The position numbers and the translations under genes were made by a program. A DNA stretch of 64,000 nt, from contig OY970067.1 in NCBI GenBank assembly GCA_963705305.1, positions 704,001 to 768,000 of the forward strand. Direction: 5' to 3'. A model generated the notes under the pieces. It was given only the letters and a program-made list of their open reading frames with translations. It was not told the origin of the DNA and searched no databases. Below are positions 9,200-19,436 of the stretch, one piece after another. The DNA is from an uncultured Methylomirabilota bacterium (GTDB taxonomy: Bacteria > Methylomirabilota > Methylomirabilia > Methylomirabilales > 2-02-FULL-66-22). The number at the start of each line of letters is the position of its first letter. The first letter of the stretch is position 1.

Positions 9200-9784
9200 C
9201 GAGGCCCCGCAGGTGGATCCGGGACTCCGATATCTCACCGTGCTCGGCGGGGCCGGCGTGACCTTCGGCCTCGGATTCTACGAGAGGCCGGAGGCCCTGG
9301 ACATGCTCCTCGCAGGGGGCGGCTCGGATGCCCTCCTTGGCCGCTGGTCGGTGTTGTACGGACCCATCGCGGACCTCCCTCTTGGCGACGTTGAGCTCTG
9401 GGAAGAGCACGCGCTTCCAGTCGCGGGCGACGACACCCATCCCGTCTTGCGGAGGAGTCGCCCGATCCTGAGGCGGCCCGCGAGCTCTATGTCCAGGGCG
9501 TGGCGGCGGGCGAGCGGGCCCTCGGCCCCGAGGTTTTCGAGACCGAAGCGGGCCATTTTTGGGGGGTGACGGAAACGCGGCCCTACATGCGCGCCCGCTT
9601 CGGGCTGGCCCGTTGCCTGGAAGATCTGGAGCGCACGGACGAGGCCATCGGTCACTCTGGAAGCATGGAAGAGGCAGTGATCACGGTTGACGAGCTGGGC
9701 CGGGCATGGCAGGCGACGCCGGGAGCCGCCCAGTGGCTGCGCGCCGAAAAGCCAAAGGGGAGACCGCGAGCACGGAAGCGGTAA
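9200..9784 (+). pseudogene. Fragmented remnant of a SEC-C/TPR-type protein (FWG..ETRPYMRA family)
   Basis: Pieces in two frames: YLTVLGGAGVTFGLGFY..LPVAG and GERALG..HFWGVTETRPYMRARFGLA..EAIGH, jumping to AWQATPGAAQWL. Confidence 0.6.
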
Positions 9785-9889
9785 TCTCCGGCCCCTCCGA
9801 AAGCGCTTGACGCCGGATAGATACGCGCCAGCAGAAAACGCTCCGCAACCGGGAAGGCAGCCGGAATGCCGTCCGGTCCTCCGGCTCTC

Positions 9890-10204
9890 CTACTTCATCT
9901 GCGAGAATTCCGTCGGCGAGAGGATCTTGTTGCTCTGGCTGACCACGATGGCGCGCAGGCGCGCCAGCACCTCCGCCCGGCGCGGGTCCCTGGCCCAGGC
10001 CCCCCACTTCGCCTGCCGCTCGTTGAGATCGGCGTAGGCCCACAGGTGCACCACCTCGTTCAGCTGCCCGATCTCGGTATGCCAGAAACCGACCGGCGCG
10101 ATCCCATGCTCGGCGATGCAGGGCAGAATCTTGGTGCGGGCCAGCTCCAGGTACTCCGGGAGCCCGCCGACGACAAGTTGATAGGTCCGCAGCTCGTAGA
10201 TCAT
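9890..10204 (-). CDS. NIPSNAP family protein
   Basis: MIYELRTYQL, GFWHTEIGQLNEVVHLWAY, ILSPTEFS. Confidence 0.9.
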   Translation of the reverse strand: MIYELRTYQLVVGGLPEYLELARTKILPCIAEHGIAPVGFWHTEIGQLNEVVHLWAYADLNERQAKWGAWARDPRRAEVLARLRAIVVSQSNKILSPTEFSQMK

Positions 10205-10285
10205 AGCCTCGCGCTCCTCCGGGTGCCTGCGGGTTCCCTCCGCCACACACCCCTCACCAGCCGCATGCGTCCCTCCTCGCCTCTG

Positions 10286-11833
10286 CTACTTTACTGCCGT
10301 CCCCAGCGCCGCCGCCGCCCTGGCGGCCGCCTCGGCCGCCAGCCTGGCCTCCATCTCCAGCGACTTCTTCTGCCGCAGGATTCCCGTGACGGTCGTGAAG
10401 GCGGCCAGGAGCAGGATCGTCAGCGCGATCGGATGGGTCACCAAGATCGAGAGATCACCTCGCGACATGGCCATGGAGCGGCGGAAGTTGGATTCCAGCA
10501 TGACGCCCAGGATCTGGGCCAACACCATGGGCGAGACGGGGTATTCGTACCGGATCAGGATATAGCCAAGGAACCCGAACGCCACACAGGTGATCATGTC
10601 GAAGATATCGTTGTCGATGGCGTAAGAGCCCACCATGCAGGCCAGAAAGATCAGCGGCACCAGGAAGCGGCGATCCACGCTGATGACCTTGGCGAAGAAC
10701 CGGGCGAAGGTCAACCCCAGGATCACGAACACGAAGTTGGCCATGATCATCCCGGCGAAGATCTGGTGGACCAGGTCCGCATGGTCCACGAAGAGGAGCG
10801 GGCCGGGTTGGAGGTTGTGGATGGTCATGGCCCCCATCAGAACGGCGGTGGCCGCATCCCCCGGCACTCCCAGGGTCATCATGGGCAGGAGGTCTCCACC
10901 GGTGCTGGCATTCTCGGCGCACTGGGGAGCCGCCACCCCCTCCAGGATGCCCGTGCCGAACAGCTCCGGATGCTTGGAGGTCCGCTTGGCCTCGCTATAC
11001 GCGATGAAGCAGGAGGTTTCGGCCCCGATGGCCGGGGTGACCCCCACGATCAGGCCGATGATGCCAGCGCGCACAAACGTCCACGTGCACTCCTTCAGTT
11101 CTCGGAGCCGGGGAATGATGTTCGTCAGAACCGCGCTCACCCGGGGCGCGCTGAGGACGACCTCGACCTGGCGGAAACACTCCGAGAGGGCGAAGAGGCC
11201 GATCAGCATCGGCACGAAGGAGAAGCCGCCGGTCAGCTGCGTCGTCCCGAACGTGAACCGTGGGAAGCCCCCCATGGGATCCAGGCCGACCATCGCGATG
11301 AGAAGGCCGAGACAGCCGGAGATGATGCCCTTCAGGGGGGACCTGCCGGTCAGGCTCACGGTGACCGACAGGCCGAAGACCGCCAGGGCGAAGTACTCGG
11401 GGGCGCTGAAGCGGAGGGCGAAGTTGGCCAGGATCGGGGCAAAGAAGGTCAGACACAGTGCCGTGAACATGCCGCCAATGCCCGAAGCAATGGTGGACAT
11501 GCCGATGGCCTTGCCGGCCATGCCCTTCAGGGCCAGGGGATATCCGTCAAACGTTGTTGCCGCAGCGGCCGGAGTCCCGGGCGTCTTCATCAGGATGGAG
11601 GCGATGCCTCCACCGTAGATCGCCCCCGTATAGATGCCCAGAAGCATCACGATGCCGGTGAACGGATCCATGCCGAAGGTGAACGGGACCAGCAGGGCGA
11701 TTCCCATGGTTGCAGTGAGTCCCGGGATGGCCCCGATGATGATCCCGGAAAAGGAGCCCAGGACGAGCGCCAAGAGATTGCGCCCCCACAGCACCGTGGC
11801 GAAGCCTTTATACAAGAGCCCCAGATCGACCAT
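10286..11833 (-). CDS. tctA: Tripartite tricarboxylate transporter large permease TctA
   Basis: GAIPGLTATM, TPGTPAAAATTFDGYP, TLGVPG, LQPGPLLF. Confidence 0.92.
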   Translation of the reverse strand: MVDLGLLYKGFATVLWGRNLLALVLGSFSGIIIGAIPGLTATMGIALLVPFTFGMDPFTGIVMLLGIYTGAIYGGGIASILMKTPGTPAAAATTFDGYPLALKGMAGKAIGMSTIASGIGGMFTALCLTFFAPILANFALRFSAPEYFALAVFGLSVTVSLTGRSPLKGIISGCLGLLIAMVGLDPMGGFPRFTFGTTQLTGGFSFVPMLIGLFALSECFRQVEVVLSAPRVSAVLTNIIPRLRELKECTWTFVRAGIIGLIVGVTPAIGAETSCFIAYSEAKRTSKHPELFGTGILEGVAAPQCAENASTGGDLLPMMTLGVPGDAATAVLMGAMTIHNLQPGPLLFVDHADLVHQIFAGMIMANFVFVILGLTFARFFAKVISVDRRFLVPLIFLACMVGSYAIDNDIFDMITCVAFGFLGYILIRYEYPVSPMVLAQILGVMLESNFRRSMAMSRGDLSILVTHPIALTILLLAAFTTVTGILRQKKSLEMEARLAAEAAARAAAALGTAVK

Positions 11834-11856
11834 GCCACACCCTCCGTGGGAGAGAC

Positions 11857-12354
11857 CTAGCGGATGCGCCCGAAGCTGAGCCAGTTCACGACGTCCTCGG
11901 CGGGTCCCCGTGGGAGGGGCACGTGCAGAACCGTGTCGAAGATGGCGTAGACCATCAGGGGCGTGAGCACCGCCACCAGGATCAGCACCGGCCACCGACG
12001 CTCGCCCAGGATCCAGAGGAAGCACAGCATGTACAGGAACGTGGTGGCATCAAACCCGATGCGCACGATGGCGAACAGGTAGGCGAACGTCAGGACGGCC
12101 ACCAGCGTGACGCGCCGGAGGTCTACGCCCTCCAGTCGCTTCTCCAGCGAGAGCGCCCGGCCGGTCAGCGCCCGGTAGAGGAGCAAGAGGGCGGCCAGCA
12201 AGAGGAGACTCGCCACCCCTCTCGGGATGACGAAGGGCCGGCCGAGCAAAGCCACCACCGGCCACGTGGTGGATTCGTAGAAGACATAGAGACAGATCGG
12301 GATGACGAGCAGGGCAACGATGATGTCGGCCTTCTTCATGGTCAAATTGGCCAT
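11857..12354 (-). CDS. tctB: Tripartite tricarboxylate transporter small permease TctB
   Basis: Four or five TM segments; C-terminal IFDTVLHVPLPRG; lies between tctC and tctA. Confidence 0.85.
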   Translation of the reverse strand: MANLTMKKADIIVALLVIPICLYVFYESTTWPVVALLGRPFVIPRGVASLLLLAALLLLYRALTGRALSLEKRLEGVDLRRVTLVAVLTFAYLFAIVRIGFDATTFLYMLCFLWILGERRWPVLILVAVLTPLMVYAIFDTVLHVPLPRGPAEDVVNWLSFGRIR

Positions 12355-12439
12355 AGCACACCCCGGAGCGCGCAGCCCGGCAACCGCTCTGGGGGGAGGG
12401 CACTCGCCCTCCCCCCGTCCGCAGTCGCGTGCGTCGAGC

Positions 12440-13411
12440 TTACTTCTTCAGGAGGCCCACCTGGGCCAAGACAGGTTTCAGAGACGTTTCCATGCCCGCC
12501 AGGAACTCCCCGAACTTGTCGTATTCCATGTAGGTGCGGGGGAGGGCTAGGCCATCCATCAGCTTCACGTACTCCGGATCCTCCGCGGCCTTGCGGAAGC
12601 CGTCGCGGAGCACCTTGAGGATCTCGGGGGGCGTGCCCTTTGCCACCCCGAGCCCGCGCCAGTCGAAGATCGGATTCTCGATCGGATAGCCGGCCTCGGC
12701 GATGGTCGGGACTTCGGGGAAGAACGGGTTGCGGGTCGGCGAGACGGCCGCCAGGATCCGAACCTGCTTCGTCTTGTAGAACTGGAGCATCTCGTCCATC
12801 CCAGTGGAGGCCATGGTGATGTGCCCGCCAGCCAGGGCCACGCGGGTGGGGGCCGCCCCGTCAAACGGAACAAAGGTGAGGTTCAGATTGTAGGTCTTGG
12901 CCAGCAGGGCCGCCGACAGGTGCCAGGGCTGGCCCGGGCCCGCGTGGCCTATCGTCACGACGCCGGGATTGGCCTTGGCGTATTCCACCAGGTCTTTCAT
13001 CGTCTTGAACTGCGAATCCCCCTTGACCGAGAAGCCTGCCGGACTGCGGTTGAGGAGGGCGATGAGATCGAAGTCCTCATAGCCGAGGTTCGCCAGACCG
13101 ATCATCCGATACGTGCTGAGATTGAAGGTGATCACGCCGACGGTATAGCCGTCCGGCTTCGAGGTGGCCACGGAGTTCATTCCGACGGCCCCGGTCCCGC
13201 CGACCTTGTTCACCACGTTAATGTTGACGCCGAAATACTTCTTGCCGTGCATGGCCAATGTCCGGGCCAGCGTGTCCGTGCCGCCGCCCGCGGCCCACGG
13301 CACGACCAGGGTGATGTCCCGCTCCGGGAAGCCCGCCGCCGACGCCGAGACAGGAAGGACCAAAACGAGGGCGAAGAGTCCGACGACGATAAGAGCATAC
13401 TTTCGCAGCAT
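12440..13411 (-). CDS. tctC: Tripartite tricarboxylate transporter substrate-binding protein TctC/Bug
   Basis: Signal peptide; VVPWAAGGGTD, PDGYT, PEVPTIAEAGY. Confidence 0.92.
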   Translation of the reverse strand: MLRKYALIVVGLFALVLVLPVSASAAGFPERDITLVVPWAAGGGTDTLARTLAMHGKKYFGVNINVVNKVGGTGAVGMNSVATSKPDGYTVGVITFNLSTYRMIGLANLGYEDFDLIALLNRSPAGFSVKGDSQFKTMKDLVEYAKANPGVVTIGHAGPGQPWHLSAALLAKTYNLNLTFVPFDGAAPTRVALAGGHITMASTGMDEMLQFYKTKQVRILAAVSPTRNPFFPEVPTIAEAGYPIENPIFDWRGLGVAKGTPPEILKVLRDGFRKAAEDPEYVKLMDGLALPRTYMEYDKFGEFLAGMETSLKPVLAQVGLLKK

Positions 13412-13715
13412 GACCGCCTCCTTTCTCCGTGCCAGGTTACCGGCCGACCCTGTAAGGAAATGTCCGGCATACGCTGGTGCGCTTCCACCTCCTTTCCATG
13501 CTCATGTGCAGAATGAGACCACTGCTCCCTTCCGATCCGGCCGCCCCGCTATGTTGGCGAGGCGGCGCCTCGCCGCCAAGGATGACTCTGCCATATACTC
13601 CGCAGTCAGGGCAATGCCCCGTCGAGATTGTCTGAAGGATGGGACAAATCTCCGGAGCAGATACCCGGACCGTCCTTGGCAGAAATCGGCGGCGGGCGCC
13701 GCCTCTACACCTCGC

Positions 13716-14638
13716 CTATTTTCCGAACTTGGCCTGCAAGTACTCCACGCTTTTCTTGTGGTTCTCGATGGCCTGCGCCAGGGTGTCCGGCTGATCCAGC
13801 TCGAAGCCGATGTAATTCATCTTGGCCTTGGCGACGATGGCGAAGATGGTGCTGAAGTCCAGCTCGTTGTCTCCGGCGACCTGCTGAATCTTGTGATCCT
13901 TGGAGGTCTTCAGGTGCATATACGCCATACGGTTCGCGTACTTCTCGATGAACGCCTGGGCATCTGCCGGCTTGGTCCACACCCGGGAGACGCAGAAGAA
14001 GTTGCCGGTATCGAACTGGAGGCCGAGGTTGGCATTGGCGTTCCCGAACAGATCTTCCGTCCCGAAGGAATTGACGCCGTTCCCCCTGATTGCCTCCAGC
14101 CCGTTCTCCACGACGTACCGCAGCCCGAACATCTTGGCGAAATTGGCGGCCTGATTGGCCCTCGTCACCGCTTTCTGAAACTCGGCGAAGGTCCAAGTCG
14201 TCTTCTGGGGGTCCATGGCGAACTCGAGGCCGGTGATCGCCCCGCGAACCGTGTGGGGCCCCTTCGTGAAGACGGCCGCGTTCGCCACCCCCCGCGAGAA
14301 GACCTCCCAGAAGTTCGGATCCAAGATCCCGACGTTCATCGCATAGGCGATCTCGACATCCCGCTGCTCGGCGTAGGCCGCCAGCTCCTTGGCCTCCGCC
14401 AGCGTGAGGTCCGCGAACGGATCGCGAATCTCGGTCCACCAGTACCCCTGCTCGTTGGCGAAATCGATGGCATTCTTCGCCCTCTTAAAGGTGTCTGGCC
14501 ACTGCTTGATGAAGTTGACGTTGAGGAATCCCAGCTTGACGTTGGGGTACTGCTTCAGCACGATCTTTTCGGCGGCGAGGGCGCTACTCGCGAAGAGGGT
14601 AGCGCACAAGAAATGGTGATGGCCAACAATCGTTTCAT
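13716..14638 (-). CDS. Sugar-phosphate isomerase/epimerase (AP-endonuclease-2 TIM barrel) with signal peptide; apparent 1-nt frameshift near the 5' end
   Basis: Metal motifs VVENG, QFDTGN, YMHLKT, GFELD; AAGGAG RBS plus ATG at 14638 lies out of frame with the main ORF by 1 nt. Confidence 0.7.
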
Positions 14639-14763
14639 GATCGGCTCCTTTTGCGTCCCACGGACGATGAGTTGGACCGCCTCAGAAGCGACCGGACTGC
14701 TCTCCTTGGGGAGAGCAGAAGGATGCCGGGCGGAGCTGGACGCTTCTGAGGCACGTCACACCA

Positions 14764-15771
14764 TCAGCCTTTGCGCTCCTGCTCCGCGAGCTCTTGGAAC
14801 CTCTTCACGTTGTCCTCCCCGGCGAAAGCCCCAACCCGCTTATAGGCCGGACCCATCTTGGCCCGGAACGGGGCCAGGTCTGGGCGCGTCACCGTCATGC
14901 CGAGATCTGCCAGCTTCTTGATCTGGCCCACCTCCTCATCCCCGATGAGCTTGCGCATGAGATCGCCCGCCGCCTTGCTCTCTTCGTAGAAAATCGTCTG
15001 CTGCTCCGGGGTCAGCTTCTTCCACGTGATGGCGCTGACGGTGTGAATCATGTTGTTGTACACGTGCTGCGTGGTGGCGAGGTGCTTCTGCACCTCGTAG
15101 TACTTGTTGAAAAAGATCACCGCGATCGGGTTCTCCTCGCCGTCCACCACCTTCTGCGCGAGCGCCAGGTAGAGCTCGGCAAACGCGATCGCCTGGACCA
15201 CGCCGCCGAGCGCCTCCATGGCCGCCTGGATCTGGAGCTCGGGCGGGGTGCGGATCTTGAGTCCCTTCACGTCATCGGGAACATTGATCGGGCGCACGCT
15301 GTTGGTGAGGTTGCGGAAGCCATACTCCCAGTTCCGCAGCAGGATGAAGCCCTGCTTCTCCGCCAGCGGCGCAAACCATTTCATGGCCGGGCCGTCGAGA
15401 ACCCGGTAGACATGCGCGCGGTTGTCGAAGATGAAGGGCAGCATGACGGTGGCGAAGGCCTTCTCGTAGTCCTGCAGCTGACCCTGCGTCGGCAGCCCCA
15501 TGTCGATGGTGCCGAGCTTGATCTGCTGGGCTTGCTCCGGCGGGCCGCCGAGCTCGTTGTTCGGGAAGATGTGGATCTGGATGGCACCCCCCGTGCGGGC
15601 CTCGACGCGGCTGGCGAACTGCTTGGCCGCAATGTTGGAGGGATGGTCCACCGCCCCGAAATGTGCGAAGCGGAGTGTGAGCGGCGCCGCCGCGGCCCTC
15701 GCCACATACGGCGCCCCCAGCGCCAGTCCGGCCACGCCTACGCTGCTCTTGAGAAACGTCCTGCGGTCCAT
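14764..15771 (-). CDS. dctP: TRAP transporter substrate-binding protein DctP (Tat signal)
   Basis: MDRRTFLK Tat motif; GFRNLTN, KGLKIRTP, VVDGEENP. Confidence 0.92.
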   Translation of the reverse strand: MDRRTFLKSSVGVAGLALGAPYVARAAAAPLTLRFAHFGAVDHPSNIAAKQFASRVEARTGGAIQIHIFPNNELGGPPEQAQQIKLGTIDMGLPTQGQLQDYEKAFATVMLPFIFDNRAHVYRVLDGPAMKWFAPLAEKQGFILLRNWEYGFRNLTNSVRPINVPDDVKGLKIRTPPELQIQAAMEALGGVVQAIAFAELYLALAQKVVDGEENPIAVIFFNKYYEVQKHLATTQHVYNNMIHTVSAITWKKLTPEQQTIFYEESKAAGDLMRKLIGDEEVGQIKKLADLGMTVTRPDLAPFRAKMGPAYKRVGAFAGEDNVKRFQELAEQERKG

Positions 15772-15908
15772 GTGACCCTCCTTTGTGATGATGGTGCTTC
15801 CGGTCTCCCCCCGGGTCGCGCCCGCGGCCCGGGCACACCCACCTGCCCGTATCATCAATCCCCGCCCAACTTGAGCAGGGGCTCCTCTGCATTCTCGCTC
15901 TCTGCGGC

Positions 15909-17828
15909 TCACCCCCGGAAGCCGAAGTAGTGCGGCAGGAACAGGGTGAAGCCTGGCACGAACGCCACGATGAGCAAGCCAATAATCACCACGATCAGGT
16001 AGGGCACCATGGCGCGCGAGGCCTCCTCGACACCGGTCTGCATGATGGCACAGCAGACGTAGAAGCCCACGCCCGCCAGCGGCATGAAGCCGCCGATGCC
16101 CATGGCGATGATCAGCACGAGGGCGTAATGCAGCTGGCTCACCCCGACCTGCCCGGCGATGGGAATCAGCAACGGCGCGAGCACGTTGAGCGAAGGCAGC
16201 CCCTCGAGGAGCACGCCGACCACGATCAGGAGCACGATCGACCCCGCCATGAAGATGGTGTTGCTGTTCCGCATGGCGTGCAGCAGTGCGACGAGACGCT
16301 GCGGCAGGTAGGCCACCGTGAGCGTCCAGGAAAAGCCCGAGGAGGCGGCAAAGATGAACAACAGCATGCCCGTGAGGGACGCGGTGTCGATCACCGTGCG
16401 CACGAAGCTTCGCCAGTCCATCGCATGGTAGGCCCAGATGGCCAGCATGAGGCCGTAGAGGACGGCGAAGGTCGCCACCTCCGTCGGGGTGGCGATCCCC
16501 GCGAGGATGCCAACCAGCAGTATCACCGGCATCAAGAGCGGTGGCACCGCGGTGACCGCAGCCCGGAACATCTGCTGGATCGGGACGCGCGGCGCGCGCG
16601 GTATGCGGGCGTGTAGGGCCCGCACATAGATGAGCGCCATAAGACAGAGGGCCATCACCAGTGCGGGGATGAGGCCTCCGATGAACATCGCCGCCACCGA
16701 CACTTGGGTGATCGACCCCACGATCAGCATGGCGATGCTGGGCGGGACCGTCTCGCCCATGACCGCCGAGGCGGCCAGCACGGCGGTGGCCTCGCCCGCG
16801 CCGTGATGCTCGGTCAGCTGTTCACGCATCACCGTGCCGACAGCGGCCACGTCCGCGGGCTTAGAGCCGGACAGGCCGGAGACGATGTACATGCTGACCA
16901 CCGCCACCTGCAACAAGCCCCCCCGCATGTGCCCGACGACCATCTGGGCAAAGCGGACCAGCCGCAGGCTGATGGCACCCCGCTCCATGATCAGCCCGGC
17001 GAAGATGAAGAACGGGACCGCCAACAGGATATAGTTCCCGGTGCCGCTCACCATGTTCTGCGGGAGCGCCACCAGCGAGGCGGCCCCTGTGGTCCAGAGA
17101 TAGTTCGCCGTGGCAAGCAGCAGAACGAATCCGACGGGCACGCCGATGAGGATCGTGAGGAAGAAGAGGGCCAAGGTGCCGACGATGGCGGTGTCGCCCG
17201 TGAACCATGGCAGCCAGACGGGGCGCGTCGCCATCGCCAGCACCAGCACCAGGGCGAGCGATCCCCCCACCGCCCAAGCCCTCACCCCGTGTTCGCGCCA
17301 CAGATGGTCCACGGCGTAGAGGGCGATCAGCGCCAGGCCCACGGTGAGCGGGAATGCGATCGTGGCTGTCGGCACCCGCAAGATGGGCGTCAGCTGGCTC
17401 CAGTTCGACGTGATGAACTCGATCGACGCGACGCCAGTGACGCCGGCGAGGAAAAGCGCCAGGACATCGGCGAAGGCGAAGCACACGCGTTGCACCCGTT
17501 CCGGGAACACATTGATCAGCACGCGGACGAAGGCGTGTTCGCGGCGACGGTACGCCACTGCGCCGCCGACGAACGCCAGCGTTGAGAGCACCAAGTGGGC
17601 TACCTCGTCGGCCCACAGGAAGGACGTGGTGAAGAAGGCCCGTGCCAGTACGTTGGCGAACACAATTCCGAGTTCACCTAGGAGGGCGACCACGAGCACC
17701 GTGTCGGCAGCGGTGTCGATGATCCGGAGGGCGAGCCCCGGCCTCGCCCTCCGGACCTCCGTTGCCGCGCCGGCAAGGGGTTCGATTTCCACACTCATGC
17801 CCTGCGGTTGCGAGTTCACTCTCTCCAT
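15909..17828 (-). CDS. TRAP transporter fused DctQ-DctM permease
   Basis: N-terminal WADEVA DctQ-like part; LLAVPFFIFAG, SGLSGS..AD, VPPSI, TPTE. Confidence 0.9.
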   Translation of the reverse strand: MERVNSQPQGMSVEIEPLAGAATEVRRARPGLALRIIDTAADTVLVVALLGELGIVFANVLARAFFTTSFLWADEVAHLVLSTLAFVGGAVAYRRREHAFVRVLINVFPERVQRVCFAFADVLALFLAGVTGVASIEFITSNWSQLTPILRVPTATIAFPLTVGLALIALYAVDHLWREHGVRAWAVGGSLALVLVLAMATRPVWLPWFTGDTAIVGTLALFFLTILIGVPVGFVLLLATANYLWTTGAASLVALPQNMVSGTGNYILLAVPFFIFAGLIMERGAISLRLVRFAQMVVGHMRGGLLQVAVVSMYIVSGLSGSKPADVAAVGTVMREQLTEHHGAGEATAVLAASAVMGETVPPSIAMLIVGSITQVSVAAMFIGGLIPALVMALCLMALIYVRALHARIPRAPRVPIQQMFRAAVTAVPPLLMPVILLVGILAGIATPTEVATFAVLYGLMLAIWAYHAMDWRSFVRTVIDTASLTGMLLFIFAASSGFSWTLTVAYLPQRLVALLHAMRNSNTIFMAGSIVLLIVVGVLLEGLPSLNVLAPLLIPIAGQVGVSQLHYALVLIIAMGIGGFMPLAGVGFYVCCAIMQTGVEEASRAMVPYLIVVIIGLLIVAFVPGFTLFLPHYFGFRG

Positions 17829-17840
17829 TCCTTGCTCCGG

Positions 17841-18209
17841 CTACTTTAGCAAGCCGTGCTTCCGCATCAGCTCCAGATAGTCCTCGCGCGGCGGGGCGAA
17901 GATGTCGATACCCTTGAACCCGGTGGGGGTGTGACCGCCATGGGGGACGTTGGGCGGATGGACGCAGACGTTGCCCGCCTTCATGGTGAACTTCTCGCCC
18001 CCGCAGACATGCTCCTCGCCCCCCTCCAGGATGACGAGAATCTGCTCTGCCGGATGACTGTGGATGGGGAAGGTGGCCCCGGGCGGCTGCTCGATGAAGC
18101 TGCAGAGGATGTTCTGCCCGGCGATGAACCGGGTCCCCACCTGGGCCGTCAGCGGGACCAGGGGAACATCCGCAATCCGGTAGTAGTACTTCGGCTTTGA
18201 CTCTGGCAT
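17841..18209 (-). CDS. Cupin domain protein
   Basis: PIHSHPAEQ and PPNVPHG metal motifs; DIFAPPREDY. Confidence 0.88.
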   Translation of the reverse strand: MPESKPKYYYRIADVPLVPLTAQVGTRFIAGQNILCSFIEQPPGATFPIHSHPAEQILVILEGGEEHVCGGEKFTMKAGNVCVHPPNVPHGGHTPTGFKGIDIFAPPREDYLELMRKHGLLK

Positions 18210-18281
18210 TCCACTCCTCCTTTTCTAGGTTCCGGGACTTCGGGTCCGTCCGGCGGAGCTGATGCCTCCGCCGGCTGCGCA

Positions 18282-19043
18282 TCAGGCGGCTCGGCTGGTT
18301 CGGAGTGCCTCGGTGATGGCGGCGGCGCAGCGTTTGACCGCCTGGATCTCCCGGCCAATCCCTCGATCCTTGGCGACATAGGCCGGGAAAGCGAGGCTGA
18401 TGGCCGCGATGGCCTCTCCCTCGTGATTCATCAGCGGAGCGGCCACACACATGATCCCTCGCGTGATTTCTTCCCGGTCGACGGCATAGCCGGCCTCCCG
18501 GACGGCCTGCAGCTCCTTGGCAAGAACGGCGCGGCTAGTGATCGTGTTCAGGGTGTAGGGGGTAAGCTTCCCCGGGAGGAGCCGTGTCCGCTGGCCGGGC
18601 CCCAATCCGGCCAGGAGGATCTTCCCCATGGCCGTGCAGTGCAGTGGGAAGCTCTTCCCGACGGCCGAGAACAGCTTGAAGCCGAACCCCTCGGGGGATT
18701 CCAGCTTCTCCACGTACACGCCCACCTTGCCGTTCCGGACGCCCAGGTGGCAGGTCTGCCGGGTGTCCGCATGCAGCTTTTGGAGATAGGGACGCACGTA
18801 TTCCTTGAGATCGAAGTGGGAGGTCACCGCCGAGCCGAGAACGGCCAGCTTCAAGTCGCCGAAGTACCGGCCCGCCTCGCGGTCGAAGCGGAGATACCCG
18901 AGGGCCACGAGGGATTTGAGGAACCGGTGGGCGGTCGCCTTGGCCAGGTGCGTCCGGGCCACCACCTCGGAATAGGTGAGGCCTCGCTTTTGGTGGGCGG
19001 CGACCGTCTCGAGAATCTGGAAGATCTTGGCGACGCTATTCAT
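18282..19043 (-). CDS. IclR family transcriptional regulator
   Basis: KATAHRFLKSL, LHCTAMGKILL, DREE..GIMCVAAP. Confidence 0.92.
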   Translation of the reverse strand: MNSVAKIFQILETVAAHQKRGLTYSEVVARTHLAKATAHRFLKSLVALGYLRFDREAGRYFGDLKLAVLGSAVTSHFDLKEYVRPYLQKLHADTRQTCHLGVRNGKVGVYVEKLESPEGFGFKLFSAVGKSFPLHCTAMGKILLAGLGPGQRTRLLPGKLTPYTLNTITSRAVLAKELQAVREAGYAVDREEITRGIMCVAAPLMNHEGEAIAAISLAFPAYVAKDRGIGREIQAVKRCAAAITEALRTSRAA

Positions 19044-19102
19044 GCCCTGGGCTCCATCGCCCCGGCCGAACTCGCCGACAGAAAAACACGCTGCGCCCCG
19101 CC

Positions 19103-19167
19103 GCTCCATATATGGAACTCTGTTCACAAGGTGGAGCATTCCTACCGCCGACGCCCTCAAATGTCAA
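19103..19167 (-). promoter_or_regulatory. Twin IclR-like operator boxes and sigma70 -35
   Basis: GCTCCATATATGGAAC (19103-19118), 3 nt, GTTCACAAGGTGGAGC (19122-19137); TTGACA on minus strand at 19167-19162. Confidence 0.55.
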
Positions 19168-19436
19168 GTCTCTCTTTTCCGGCATCCAGCATGGTACGGC
19201 CGGGCAGATCAGCCTCCTCGGGCCGCCCCCGGGAGCGGCCCGCCCCGGGCCGGCGGCCGCTCTGCCGATCAATCTTCGCCGCGCCGACCAACGGCCTTAG
19301 ACCGTGCCTGGCGGCGGCCAGCGGACGCTTCTTGTACCGAACGCAGGGCCGACTGAATTTGGGGGTTGACACGTTTTTGGGGTATGAGATAGCGTCATAA
19401 GGCTTGTCTCATTCTATGAAACTGAAAGGGCAGAGG

